A program made the position numbers and the translations under genes. Of a DNA stretch of 64,000 nt, positions 42,678 to 56,190 are shown piece by piece. Numbering within the stretch: position 1 is the stretch's first letter; the number at the start of each line of letters is the position of its first letter. Under the pieces are notes generated by a model, which saw only the letters and a program-made list of their open reading frames with translations, ran no database searches and was not told where the DNA came from. The stretch lies in assembly GCF_009914755.1 (NCBI RefSeq), contig NC_060925.1. The stretch is one strand, 5' to 3'. This DNA comes from the human T2T-CHM13v2.0 reference genome, Homo sapiens.

Positions 42678-43414
42678 ATTAATTGTGTTTTAGACACTGC
42701 CTGTACCCTGCCTTCTGAGTTAGGCTATAAATACTTTAGGGGAAATTTTGTTTTCTCCACAATGCCTTTATACCGACCATAAAGTAGATGTCTAATAAAT
42801 GTTTACTCCATCTGCTCAGCTCATTTTCCTGGTTGCACCACCTTCATGTGAGGCTGGGGAGAACAGAAAATTTGAGGCCATATTCATCATCTTCTATTAG
42901 CTCGTATTAAATAAATGCTTAGAATTTTCTAGTTTTCATTTTGCTTTCCTTGCTGACTCACAGGCCTGCAGTCCCTTACTTTCAGAATGCCAACACTGCA
43001 GGGGAATGAGCAAATTCTGCAACCCTTTTTCAGATTACTCTCAAACAATTGATTAAAAGAATAAGCTTATGGGTAAGATTTTTCCTCTTCTGGAATCCCA
43101 TTTATGGCCTTTAAACCCCATGGGGCCTCTGTATTTGCAATTTTTGCACAAGATGTTTCCCAATTTGCTGGGGAATGACTTCCAGAAATATTTCTGGTGC
43201 CCCTTCAGGGATGGGCACCAGTGTAGGGCCCAAGTGTCTCAGGGACTGTCTCACATGTAAGGTTGTACCAGGCAACCAAAAGCCAAACGTCCAAGCCTTT
43301 AAGTTGGAAATAGTCTGGACTGAAGTGCGTGTATAAATGCATGTAGGTAGAAGGGCGATAGGATAGCACAGTTCTGCTTGGGGAAAATTAGGAGAAGTGG
43401 TATTTTAGGAGAAC

Positions 43415-43590
43415 CCAGTACAAACCTCTGGATGTGAGGAGAGCTCAAATATAACCTTGGGTGTTCTGCTAAGTGTCTATGAGGACTTGAACAAGTCAGT
43501 TTCCTCTCTTTGTGCCTGGGTTTCATCTGTGAAGGAAGAAGAATAAATGATCTTTATGATACCTTCTACCACTGAACATTCTGTGACTTG
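43415..43590 (+). mobile_element. MIR3-like fragment
   Basis: 'gacttgaacaagtcagtttcctctctttgtgcctgggtttcatctgtgaa...gatctttatgataccttcta'. Confidence 0.6.
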
Positions 43591-43819
43591 AAAACATTAT
43601 TCTAAAGAACACTTTTTAAATACTCATGGAAGAGAAATTGATTAGAGAGTTGGGCCAGAGCCCTCCCAACACTTTGGGAAGATCCCTCTCTTGCTAGCCA
43701 TCTTCAAGTTTTGGAAAGCTCTCATGAAGCTGAGAGCTGGGGGCGGGGGGCAAGGGCAGGGGGACTCTTCTGTACTCAAAGCAGAACCAGGCAATTGAAA
43801 AGTGGATTCTGGGTCAGTA

Positions 43820-43995
43820 TAACAAGAATTTTCTGGTCATCAGTGTTGTTGGAAGATGAAGAAAGCTTAGGAGGGAAGGAATTCTTCATCACTGGGGCCA
43901 TTTTAGCCAAGGCTGATGCAGAGTGGGCAGAGATAGAGATATCAGACGAGTGACCAGACTAGATGTCTCTAAGTTCTTTCCAACCTGGGAGTTTT
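43820..43995 (+). mobile_element. L3/CR1-like 3' end
   Basis: 'cttcatcactggggccatttt' and 'gactagatgtctctaagttctttccaacct'. Confidence 0.45.
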
Positions 43996-45138
43996 AAAAA
44001 TGTATATATTTTTGTTAATTTTTCCTTATTATTTTGATCCTTGTGAAAGGAGAAGGAAGAGAGATGGGCATACTGCTGTCTGAAAGACTGATTATATGGG
44101 AGGGATGGGTGGTAAGGCTCTGAGGGGGAGAGAGTATCACTTTAACTACATTTCTTCAGCAACAACTTTGCAGTGTGGAGTAGGCTGAGGTGCAAGGGCT
44201 TAGAGACGCATTGAGTGGGTTCCTTGGATCTCCTTGCTGTGGGGCCCAGCTTGACCTTCAAGAGCACGGTGACTTCTCCCATGCCCAGCCCACAGCTCTG
44301 CTTGCCTCTCTCACTGTGGGCCTCCCTGACTCACTCGACAGCAAGCAAAAGCCACACTGTTTTCCCTGCCACCTTCTGTCTATCTCCCCATGGCTCTGAA
44401 TCAGCTGTCATGGGAGTTGGCTGTGACTGAGAACCAGAATTAATCCACTTTCTCTGGAAATTATTTCTCTCAGGCCCATGACTGTCATATCACCGAGCTC
44501 TCTGAGGCCAGCATCTTTCTGTGAAGTCCTTGCTTTCCATGACAGCATTTTATAGGCTCCGTGTGGAGTTGCTGTTCCACTCTGTAATTGACTGGGCATA
44601 TTGGTGCCACTTGTAATTACCTCCAGATACTCGCCTGCTTCAAGGCCATGGTGGTGACTCCTCCTTCTCCTGGGCTGCCTTCATCACCAGGCTTCTTTGC
44701 CTGTGGAATGGGAGATCCATTTGCTCTGGTTGGCAGGGCATGAGTGACATGTTCAAATAGCTCCATGGCACTGGCCTTCCTCTATCCACTGACTGCCTTT
44801 ATTTCTTCATCTCTGCTATTGCACACAACGAGTATGGCCCAGCGACTGAACTGGCTGTCACTGTCAGGCCCCTGAGCTCACGGAGTCCGCAGCTGCTGTG
44901 ATGCTGGAGGGGCTGCAGTGCTGCCCACAAGCCTGGGGGCTCTGGAGTCCTACCATGTGAAGAAAGTTGGTCTCTTGCTACTCTGGTCTCACCCCACTTC
45001 CCACCATTGTGTTCTTGCTGTTTCTACCCAGACAGATCTTCACATGGGGACAATGAATGTGAGACAGGCTCATCTTGGGAATGAGGGTGAATGGTACTTG
45101 AGACTGGAGAGAGCCAGCCGGCTTCTTGGGTCTCTTAT

Positions 45139-45527
45139 TGTCTTAGCTCAGCTGCCATAACAAAATATCACAGGCTAGGTGGATTGAACAAGAGAAATTT
45201 ATTTTTCACAGTTCTGGAGGCTGGAAAGTCCAAGACCAAGGTGCCAGCAGGTCCAGTGTCTGGTAAGGGCTGTCTCTTTGGGTTGCAGATGATTCTTGCT
45301 ACGTCCTCACATAGCCATTCCTTAGTGCATGTATGAGAAGGACATCTCTCTCTCCCTCCCCTCCTCTTATTGGAAGGATGCCAATCCTATGGGATTAGGA
45401 CTCTACCTTTGTAACCTCATTTAACTTTAATTACCTCCTAAAAGCCCCTTCTCCAAATGCAGTCACATTGGGGTTTAGGGCTTCAGTGCAGAATGTTGGT
45501 GGGGGAGGGACAATACAATCTATAGCA
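45139..45527 (-). mobile_element. MaLR solo LTR (MLT1A/B-like), complete
   Basis: TG...CA ends; perfect 5-bp TSD cttat (45134-45138 / 45528-45532); 'cacagttctggaggctggaaagtccaag'. Confidence 0.92.
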
Positions 45528-47909
45528 CTTATTTATTGATGTTTCTTTTTTCAACTTCAGAAGCAATAACTCACCTCCTAGGGCATTAAAAACCCAGTGA
45601 GGCAGTGGGTTGTTTGGCTACCTTCCTGTCCGAACTCTTTCTTTCCTTGTTTCCCTGTGTTTTTTTCTTGACTGTTTGAGACCCTGGGGGAGCCACTTTC
45701 CTTCCTCTCTCTGCAGTCTGATTGTTTACACTTTGCTGACCGTATCCTGGTTAAGGAAACTGACAAGGGTCCAGGGTCTCTAGGTGTCCTGCCATCGGAG
45801 GGACTGGCTGAATTAGCAGCAGCTGGCCCTGAATCATCCTTGGGAGTGTTGTATATTTAAGTCCAGTACTTGTAGCTTCCCCCCACAAAAGAAGATCATT
45901 TTACAGAAAACAGAACCAAGACCCCAAAAGTTCAGATTGTTGGTATGAAGTCATAAGACTACTTAGTGACAGAATCAGGAGTGTAAACCTAGCTCATAAT
46001 CTCTAGTCGATGCTATAGCTGGGGAAGGACCAGGCAGATTGCAGGAGGAGATGCCTTGCCTGTGTTGCTGAGTTTTCCTCCCTCGGGTTGCCCTCTTGGA
46101 GGCTCCTCTTGTTTTTATACTTGACAGGACAGGGACAGGAAAAAGGTGAGACAGCTCATCGTGTGGCCCCCTCTGCAAGGCTGGGAAGGTGTTGTTTGAC
46201 ATATAGAGAACCAGGGGCTGCATGATCAGTGGTCTGAGCAGTGGTCTGGTCTTCTGTAGTCCCACCTCATCTACTTAATGACCAGTTAACTCTTAATTCA
46301 GGTGACAGTAAACATTTAGCACCTGTGCTGGGTGCTGGGCTATAGTGGTGAGCAAAATGGGCTGGTCCTGCCCTCATGAAACACAGTCTAGGTTTTATGC
46401 ACCAAACTATTTACTCTCCCCATCACAAATCCACATTGACACTCAAGGATGGGGAACCTCTAAGTGACTGGGGTTTGGGATGGGAAATATGTAAACTCTG
46501 CCCCCCGCCACCCCGCTGCCCACCCCAGTCTGGTAATAGGTGTGTATGTTGGTGGTGGTAGTGGAAGAGTGGTAAGGGATATAGGATAAGAACAGGGGTA
46601 ATTGTAAAAGCTTCGGGATTTTAGTGAAGCCACACACTTTCCTGCCCCATGATCAGTCTAGGGGGTCTAGCTGTGGATGCAGGCCTAGAAAGTATCAGTG
46701 AGTGGGTGGAGGATAGCCATGAGATGGCTGTGGAGAGTGTCCTACCTCTCCTTCTTCCTGCTGGGATGTTGCTTCTGCCCTCGACACACCCTGGAACTTT
46801 GGCTGCTGCCGTGTAGCTTCTGAACTCTCTGTGGAGTGAGTGCCCCGGCACACGGCGGACCATGTCAACAAGTTCAGCTGTATGAGCCTAGAGACTGTTC
46901 CTCGAAAGCCTGTCACACAGCTGCCTTGAGCCCAAGTGACAAGCTGTGGATCTTGCCCAGGGTAACCATTTCTGACTCTCCTGAATAATATGGGGTGGAT
47001 CTGGGGCATTGTGTCTAGGAAAAGCAGGTGGAGGGTGTCTCTAGGGGATCAGGTCAGGGCTGGCCGCCCACCTCCCCACCCTCAAGGAATCTAGATACAG
47101 TTAGGGAGTCCCAGGTAACTTGAACACCCTGGTACATTTCCTTAGGAAGGAAATGAACGTATGAGCATGACCCCTTTTGCTTTATTCCAATACATATTTA
47201 AATACCCCAGCAACTCTCATCCACAACATTAGCTGTGATAACCAACTGTATTTCCTGTCTGAGACCCTTTCCTTCTCCAGTAATTAGCCTTTGTCTAGCC
47301 TTTAATCCAGTGGTGGTTATATGGGGAGCTGCCTGGTCAGGAATTTTTGCATTGAGGGAGGAGACTCTCCCACTGATCCTGTGCAGGCATTTTTGCTGAC
47401 AGATTGTTATGGCTGGAGTTGCCAAATACAAGAAGCAGAGACCTTTCACCTTCACCTGAGCTGTGTGCTTTAGAGAAAGAAGGATGTGCCCACCTCCTAT
47501 TTTCTGTCCTCACTGTTGAATTCGGTTGACATTCAGTTGCCCAATCTGCAGTCATATCCAACTAACTGGATTGTTTTTAAGTTCTCCTCTGGATGAATTA
47601 TGAGCTTTCTTGACTTTGGTCAGGCTGCCTGGAGTCATTCCCAGCCTGGGCAGGTGCTGTGCCAACTTCCCTGGCATGTGCCTGTGCCTGCGGATTTTAC
47701 TATTTGACCCCTAGCTCTCCCTTGGAAATACCAAGCCTGGAACTCTGGAGAAGGCGCCGCCGCTCGTGTAGTTCTGAAAGGCTCTCTTTGTCCTGAGGAA
47801 TGCCTGTTGCAATGAAGCTTGGTAAATAGCCAGCTCATTTCTCCTATAAATTAAAATGAAGGAACCTCATCCGCTAGAAGTAACTTTACTTGTCTCGTCT
47901 CATCTTCTT

Positions 47910-48470
47910 TATTCAAGCCTATTTAATGAATATTTATTTAAGACCTAAAATCCAGCACTGTGCCAGGCACTATAATGGGGGACATAGAAGTAGAAGTTTG
48001 TGGTCCCTGCCTTCAAGGGCTTAAGGCTTCTCAGTGGGGACAGGCCATGTGCACATGAAACTATCAAAGAATATATAAAATTGAATTCAATTAAATGCCA
48101 AGTGGAGGAGTTTTCTTCTTTGGTGTGCCTGTGGGACCAGAGTTCCTTTTCCTATGTCTTTCAGAGATATCCATTTATTTCAGCCCCTTTAACATTTGTT
48201 CCTTTGTTAATCTGTTTGCTTGTTCATTCGTTCGTTCGTTCATTCATTCATTCATTCATTCAGTAAAAGCCAATATATTGTTTACTCTTTGCCCAGCACT
48301 ATGCTGCGTGCCCGCCTCCAGACAGAGAGGTGATATCAGCATGGCCCTCAGCAGGCTCACAGTCTGGTTGGAGGGAGAAGGAAAGGGGGAAGTGAGTATG
48401 CACGGTGGTAAAGGCTGTACACCCAGGAGGAATAGAGTGCCATGGGGACTGGAGGGAAGGGCTGCTTAGC
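47910..48470 (-). mobile_element. Two L2 3'-end fragments, the second with a (TTCG/TTCA)n tail
   Basis: 'aatatttatt...cactgtgccaggcact...ggtccctgccttcaagggctta' and 'ttcattcgttcgttcgttcattcattcattc'. Confidence 0.65.
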
Positions 48471-50479
48471 TTCTGAGTTTTGATTTTCCCTTCATAATTT
48501 TTTTTTCTGTTCAAAAATAATTCTCAGTGTTTTTCTTAACCTTTCCATCATTCAAATGGCTGATTAACCCTCCTTTACTGTCAAGCTGCATATCTTTTTA
48601 ATTTTGTGAAGTAGCCTTTTCTTCATTAGATACTGTGTATTCATTTGTCTTTTATCTTATATTGTATATTTGTTATTGTTTATTGTGTTCTTGAATCACT
48701 TCACAGAACTACTATTTGGCCTAATTTTCGGTCTGGAAATAGCTACTATTTTCTTCCATGAAGAGTGGCTGACAGCATATGGGAGTTCTGTCTGTACGCT
48801 AACATTTGTTTGTTAGTCATATTTCTCTCTTTTTTGCCTCTAATAGTTGCTCAGAGTTACTAATTTACCATCGTTATTAATGAATTCTTAAACATTTTTT
48901 GAAAATGTCACCTTTCTCCCTGCCAGGCTACATCAGTGAGTGGAGCAACAAAAACAGAACACCTTCAATAACAGAAAACAATATTCCTCTGGCTTCACCC
49001 CAACCCACCATGATAGGGCTTTTATGCTGCATTCTCCGCGAAGCTTCTCCAAGATTTCTTGAGCATGCTTGGGAGGGATCTCACGGGTCCTCAAGGCCAC
49101 AGTGCTCTCAGGACCATGAGATGCCTAGGATTCCCTGTCTCCTGTGTGTGGTGATGCCTGCCCTGAGCACCCCTAGCCTCGGGGCCCGTAAGTCCCAGGA
49201 AGTGCCTTGCCAAGGCCCCGGGGCCGAGTCTTTCTGAGGCTTGCCAGAGCTGAGCCACAGCACTCGACTGCGGTCATGCCACTCCCTGCTTTTAGAAACT
49301 GGCTTGCTGGGTGGGCCACACTGGTGATGCACTGGACCTTGCAGGTGGCAGCACTGTGTTGTGTCCCCTACTGAAGTGGTGAAACCTTAACTTGCATTGC
49401 GGGGCTAGGCTCATGAGCCCTGGGTCATTGCTGTCTGCTGCTCTCTGTCCTGCTATTTGGCCTGTTCCTAAGATGCAAACATGGATGCTGGGCCAGGAGA
49501 CAGTCTGAGTGGCAGGCACTGTATTATGCTTATAACTGACCTGCTGCCTGGCCTGAGCTCTGTCACTGGCTCAAGCTTGAGGACCCAGCTCTGTCCTCAA
49601 AACAGATGCTCTCCCAGCAGGCCCTTTAGTGTGTCATCCAGATGGTCTCCAGCAGAATGGCCCCTTGGGTCCTCCACTCATGCCCAGGCAGACCTGAGAC
49701 CTCGGGCAGATGCACCTTAGGCTCAAGCCAGGACTGTTGTGATGATGTCGAATTCTATAATCTTTCAGATTTAAAGATGATAAATCTTTCAGAACATTTA
49801 GAAAACAGAGGAAAGGAACAATGATAACCCATGATCTTACCATGCTTCTTTTGTTAGCATTTTGGAGAATTTCCATCAGACCTTTCTCATGCACATATCC
49901 TTCATAGCATTATAACTCACTGTTCTCTGGCCACGCCTTGGTCTGTCTGTCCAGCTTCCGTGTGTGTTCACCCGTTTGTGGGATGGCGAGTGGAGACCAT
50001 GCTGAGCCTCTCATTTGCACTTTTATTTCCTGCTCCAACTGCAAGCTGCTTCCTTGCCCTCCTCCCCCATCTCCTCCCTGTCATCAGTCTTCTGAGTCCA
50101 TTGACGTTGATTTGCATTCCTTTGCCTTCTCAGGTTGCTTTCTCATTGGTTGCTCTACTCTGAGCCACCTGTGTCCCATTCCTACTCTTACTTCTGCCAG
50201 GGACCTCCTCTTGCTGGTGTGTGCTAGGCCCACTAGCCAGAAGAAAAACCCTCTTTCACACAGATGCCATGAAGGGAAGGAATCTAGGCTGGGACTGGAG
50301 GTTGTATTAGGATCCATGCCCATGTAACTCTGCCCTGGCTAAAGCAGTGCTACTGTTGTGGGGACATTAATGACACCTTTGAAAGTGGTTTTATCAGTGC
50401 CTAGACAATCACTGGACCATTTCCTTCTAGAGCGGGCTTTACATCTTATAGTTGGACTCTTGGTGACTTGCATTTTAGT

Positions 50480-50935
50480 CTCAGCTTTGCCTCTGAGTCC
50501 TGCTATGTACTTTAGGCAAGTCGCTGAACCTCTATGCTTTGGTTTATTCATCTACCAAATGGGAATATTACAATTTGTCCTGTCAACATCACATGTGTAT
50601 TGCAGATAGCATGACAAACCTGCTGTAATCCTGGTAGTACCATAATGTAAAATAAAATAATTATATTTGAAAAGAGAAGTATAAACATTGTGATAAGAAT
50701 GTTATAAGAACACTGACTGTGGAACCAGGCAGCCTGGGTTCAAATCTTGGCATGACTATTACTGGCTGTGTGACCTTGGTCAACTTTCTTAACTTCTCTG
50801 TGCTTTGGTTTCTTCTTCTATCCAATGAGTAAGACAGCATAGCAGTACTTATAAGTTTATGGTTTTGGTAGGATTAGATGAGTTAACACATATAGCAAAT
50901 TTAAAGGTGGGCTCAGCACATTTGCAAGTATTGTG
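50480..50935 (+). mobile_element. Two tandem MIRs
   Basis: 'cctgggttcaaatcttggc...ctggctgtgtgaccttgg..aactttcttaacttctctgtgc'; upstream copy 'taggcaagtcgctgaacctctatgc'. Confidence 0.75.
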
Positions 50936-51228
50936 ATTGTGGGTGCTGTTATCGTTTATAGAGGATTCATCATCAAATCTTTTCCTGCTGTGAAGGGAAG
51001 GAGCTTTATGTGACTGACTTGGAGAGGAGCAAGGGCGTTCATGTATATTTGGTGCCAGTTGTGTGATGCATACACCTAGGTACTTCTATGTTTCCACTCT
51101 TTCACATGGGGAAGCTTAGGCTCAGGGAAACAAGCCTATACGACTCAAACTCTTTTGTCTGGGTCCAAATTGGTACTCTTTTCACTACACCATACCTCTT
51201 TCCATTTGGGTCCTGAAACAGCTGTTGT

Positions 51229-51647
<419 letters not shown>

Positions 51648-51879
51648 TGATGCCAGAGTAAAGGACACAACCTCCACTTTAACCCTGTGACCATAATTAA
51701 ACCCACATATACACCTTTCTCTTTATCCTGTCCTCTTTTCTGTGCATTTTTCAGCAACTTGGTCAGCCTGCCAGTTCCTGAAATTAACCTGCTGCCTGGT
51801 TTATGACCGAGACTGGAGATGGCCTCATGCTAATTGCTGGATGGTTTCAGCTTCCTTCCCACTCACAGATACAGTGGTA

Positions 51880-52075
51880 GGAATAATAATTATGTCTGCC
51901 ATGTACTGAGCATATGGGGACTTTACATCATCTTGTTTCCATCTCATAAATAATCAAGAGAGGCAGTGCTGTTCTTCTTGCTACAGATGAAGAAACTGAA
52001 TCTTGGAGAGGTTGACTAACTTCCTTTAAGTATCACTAGTAAGTGACTGAGTTAGGACTCAAACCTGGGGCCTTT
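51880..52075 (-). mobile_element. MIR
   Basis: 'tacagatgaagaaactgaatcttggagaggttgactaactt...ggactcaaacctgg'. Confidence 0.7.
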
Positions 52076-52992
52076 CTCTTCCTGGAGGCCCCACCTCTGA
52101 GTCCATCAGATAAGTTCTATTTTGGCTGATTTACAATGTAAGCTTCCAGAGAAGATTCTATTTGAAGCAGTTCCGGGACTTAAAAAATTTGAAAAACACT
52201 GCTCTAGGAGAAAGAATCCTTGGCTGGGAGCCTGATGACTTGAGGTCTTGCTCTGGGTTTATGCAAAGTTGTTTGTCCTTACTGAGCCTCAGTCTCTCCA
52301 TATGTGAAAGTGGACCTGTACTATCAGCCTCAAAAATATCAGGCTAATAAATCACTATCATAATGGCAGTGCTTTGAACTCTCTTACCTATTTGAAACCA
52401 AGCCCCTTCGGTTATGCCTTGAGCAATCGCAGTAAGGGTTTTATAATAATGATAATAGGCATGACTGTGATTCTACTGTTGCTCCCACTCCTGCTATCAC
52501 CCTGCATAGGTCCTGCAGTTGTCATTTGTCTGTGGATGTTGTGAGAATGTCTTCAGGGCTGATTAGAGGCCTCATGGTCTCCAAGGGAGATGATCACACA
52601 TGTCGTTTGCTGGTCAGTCGTGGAACTATCCAAGACCAATTTCCCTTGCTAAGTGGCCCCCAGAGTCCAGGCTTTTGCTATTGCTGGAATCCAGCCTATT
52701 AGAGTGGAGGAGGGTTTCAGGAGTGTCCCGGGCACCCTGTCCCTTCCAGCCCCACTCACTGCTTGCCTGGTGTTGCTTTCAGGCACTCCTTTGCCAGAGG
52801 ACAGATGCAACTCTGGGTACTACGGCTTCCACCCTGCTTTTGAAAGTCACTTTCAAATTTCTCTTATCTGTGCCACCAGGTTTGATATCACCAGAAGATT
52901 TGTTGATAGCTTGGCCTAAAACAGTTTTTCACATGCAGTTTTTGAACCATCTTAGGGCATTCACCACCGAGCCCAGGTGAAGGCCTCAGGTG

Positions 52993-53010
52993 CAGCAGCA
53001 GCAGCAGCAG
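52993..53010. repeat. (CAG)6
   Basis: Read directly. Confidence 0.95.
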
Positions 53011-53034
53011 AATGTGCAAGTGAGGTATTATCTT

Positions 53035-53275
53035 CTAGTGGCTAATAGCTTCGGCATGACATTCCATCTGGGTTAGAATCTTCACTCCTTTATTTACCAG
53101 CTCTCTCTCGCTGAGTAAGCTCTTAACCTTTCCAGCCCTACCTCTTTGCTTATAAAATGGGAATAAGTACACCCACTTCATTGGGTGGTTGTGATCGATG
53201 ACATAAAATATGTCAAGAGCTTTGAACAGTGCCTGGCTCATGGCAAGTGCTTAGCAATAGTAGCTATTAGTAGCA
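53035..53275 (+). mobile_element. MIR
   Basis: 'tataaaatgggaataagtacacccacttcattgggtggttgtga...gaacagtgcctggctcatggcaagtgctt'. Confidence 0.8.
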
Positions 53276-53856
53276 GTCGTCTCTAAGGACAGGGGAAGCT
53301 AGACTTAAACCCCAGAATATGTTTTTAGGTCTCAGATAGGCTCCTGTTTCCATCTTCCTTTCATCTCCAGGCCCCAAGAATCTGGTCCTTCTGCCTCTTT
53401 CTTTTTTAAACAGCTATCATGTATTACCTGTTCCTCTACTGAGGTGGGGCCCTGGCTTTTTGTTTATCCTTTCATCTCTGTCTCCCCTTGCCTTCTCTGA
53501 CCCCCTGCCACACAAAAAGTCTTTTTTCCTTTTAAAGGGTTACTGTTGCTGGCATCATCAGGGAGACAGATGGGGCACAATAATTATTCTTTCACAATAA
53601 CTGCTGGAGACAATGTTAATCTTCGAAGTGGCTGTTGCCCCCACCAGGGTTCTAGGGAGAACAGCCCTGAAAACCTTCATCCTTCTAGGAAATGTCCCCT
53701 TTTAGGAGTAATTATGCTTTAGGTTTTAGGCTTTATTCTGCAATTCTCTTGACTTAGTCTGACAGCACTGCTGCTTTGAGAGATTGATGGCTTGGAAAAT
53801 TGTTGCCTGTAAGTTTACCTTTCAGGAAGCAGCTTGTATCTGCTTGTATCCCCTAG

Positions 53857-54198
<342 letters not shown>

Positions 54199-54883
54199 TA
54201 ACTTCTTTACATGTGAATGGGAATGAGAAATGCTGTAGGAACTGGGAAGCTTCTTCCTTCTGTATAACTACCTCCCTCATTTTGATTCAGCTAGAATCTG
54301 GGTGGGTGTCTGCTGTGTGCTATGCGTGGGTCTCGGTTGCTGCCACAGAGAGCAAACATTTTAGTGGGAGAGGGAGGTAGATGAACAGTGTCTGGGGAAC
54401 ACAGGTGTCCAGAGTGCGTGTTGGACCCATGCCTCCACATGGCCCAGCCAAACTCATGGAAGTGCTGTTGCTAAAAATGAATTTTCTCATTTATAAATTT
54501 TCTCTTTTATAAAATACCCAAATTGCAATCTGGACTTGGAGTCTCCCATGTGGGATCTGCAGCATTCCTAGGGCTGCTGTTTGTTTGATCCCTGGGTTTT
54601 GTCAGATGGATGCTTTATCAGGTCTTCTATGTTGCCCTGGCTGTTGCTTTCCATTCCGGCTTTAAATTCTCATACTTTGCTCCCCTCATCAAGCAAACCT
54701 TTACTTTCTCCATGGCCTCATCCCAAGGGCTCCCTGACATTTCACGCACCAGCTTTTGTTTTTGTTTTTGCATACGCTCTTGGAATCTTTGGGCCAAATG
54801 GGAAAAAGAAGTTCATATGATCTACCATATAAATATGTTCATTAGATGATGAGTCTTACTATCCAGAATTTGTTGACTAATGA

Positions 54884-55218
<335 letters not shown>

Positions 55219-55489
55219 CACACACTATTTTTAAACACATTTTTGAAGTGGTGGTTAAGCTGACTGCATGGTGCTAACCTACTCAGGAATTCGCATTGAA
55301 GGCTTGCTGATTTTCTTTCTATCTTTCTTTCTGCCTGTCTTACTGTGTTTCTCCTTTTTAAATTACAACTAGAATCTTTTGCTAGAAGAAAAAAATCCAA
55401 ATTGTTTAGAAGTTACAGTCATTCTCCCTTTCTACAGAGTTTTTCACCATTAGCACTTTGGGTAATCTCTCATTTCTTTTTTTAATGCA

Positions 55490-55508
55490 ACACACACACG
55501 CACACACA

Positions 55509-55550
<42 letters not shown>
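55490..55550. repeat. (CA)n microsatellite with CG interruptions
   Basis: Read directly; about 60 bp of alternating purine-pyrimidine. Confidence 0.98.
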
Positions 55551-55551
<1 letters not shown>

Positions 55552-55770
55552 GTTAAGACCATGGTGTCTGGGTTCAAAGCCTGTCTCTATAACTCACGAG
55601 CTTTTTTACTTAAGGCAGATTACTAAACTTCTCTAAGCTTCACTTTCCCTAATTTTCAAACGGAGGGTATTAAATAACTTATAGGACTGTTAGTAAATAT
55701 TAAATTTAAAAACGTTTGTCATCATTTAACACAGTATTTGGAATGTAAACATTCAGTAAATGTCAGCTAC
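55551..55770 (+). mobile_element. MIR
   Basis: 'ggttaagacc...ctgggttcaaagcctgtctct...ttactaaacttctctaagcttcactttcc'. Confidence 0.7.
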
Positions 55771-55774
55771 TTTT

Positions 55775-56190
55775 TAAGACAAAAATGGGATCATACTATA
55801 TACATTTCTATAGCTTGTTTTCTTTTTACTCAATGATAAATCAAAGATGTCCTTTCAGGTCAATATATGCAGACACCTGTACTCCATTTCTTTTTAATGG
55901 CCTCATAATGTTCTGTTATATAGATTAAATTATAATTTATTTAATCATTCTCCCATTGAATATTTGTGTCTTAAAAATTATTTGCCATTATAAAAAATGT
56001 TGAATAAAAAATGTTGCAATATTGCAATGAATTTCGCTTCTATTTCTTTCCTTGCTCTCTCTGGATTTTTACAGTTCTTATTCCTAGCTGTGGAATAGTG
56101 GAATTGGAGGTGGTGCCAATTTCGTTAGGTAATATCAAATTACTCTTCAAAAAGTTGCACCAAGCCTTACTTCCTGCAGCAATATGTGAC
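55775..56190 (-). mobile_element. Old L1ME-type fragment
   Basis: 'aaaaatgggatcatactata...ccatttctttttaatggc...ataatttatttaatcattctccc'. Confidence 0.6.

Noticed and set aside
49335-49355. CTCF-like motif 'ttgcaggtggcagca' (weaker ones at ~3355, ~15580, ~31722)
   Set aside because: Each mismatches highly informative core positions and cannot be supported without ChIP data
52993-53010. (CAG)6 as a polyglutamine exon
   Set aside because: Short, with no flanking splice sites or credible ORF, and adjacent to a MIR
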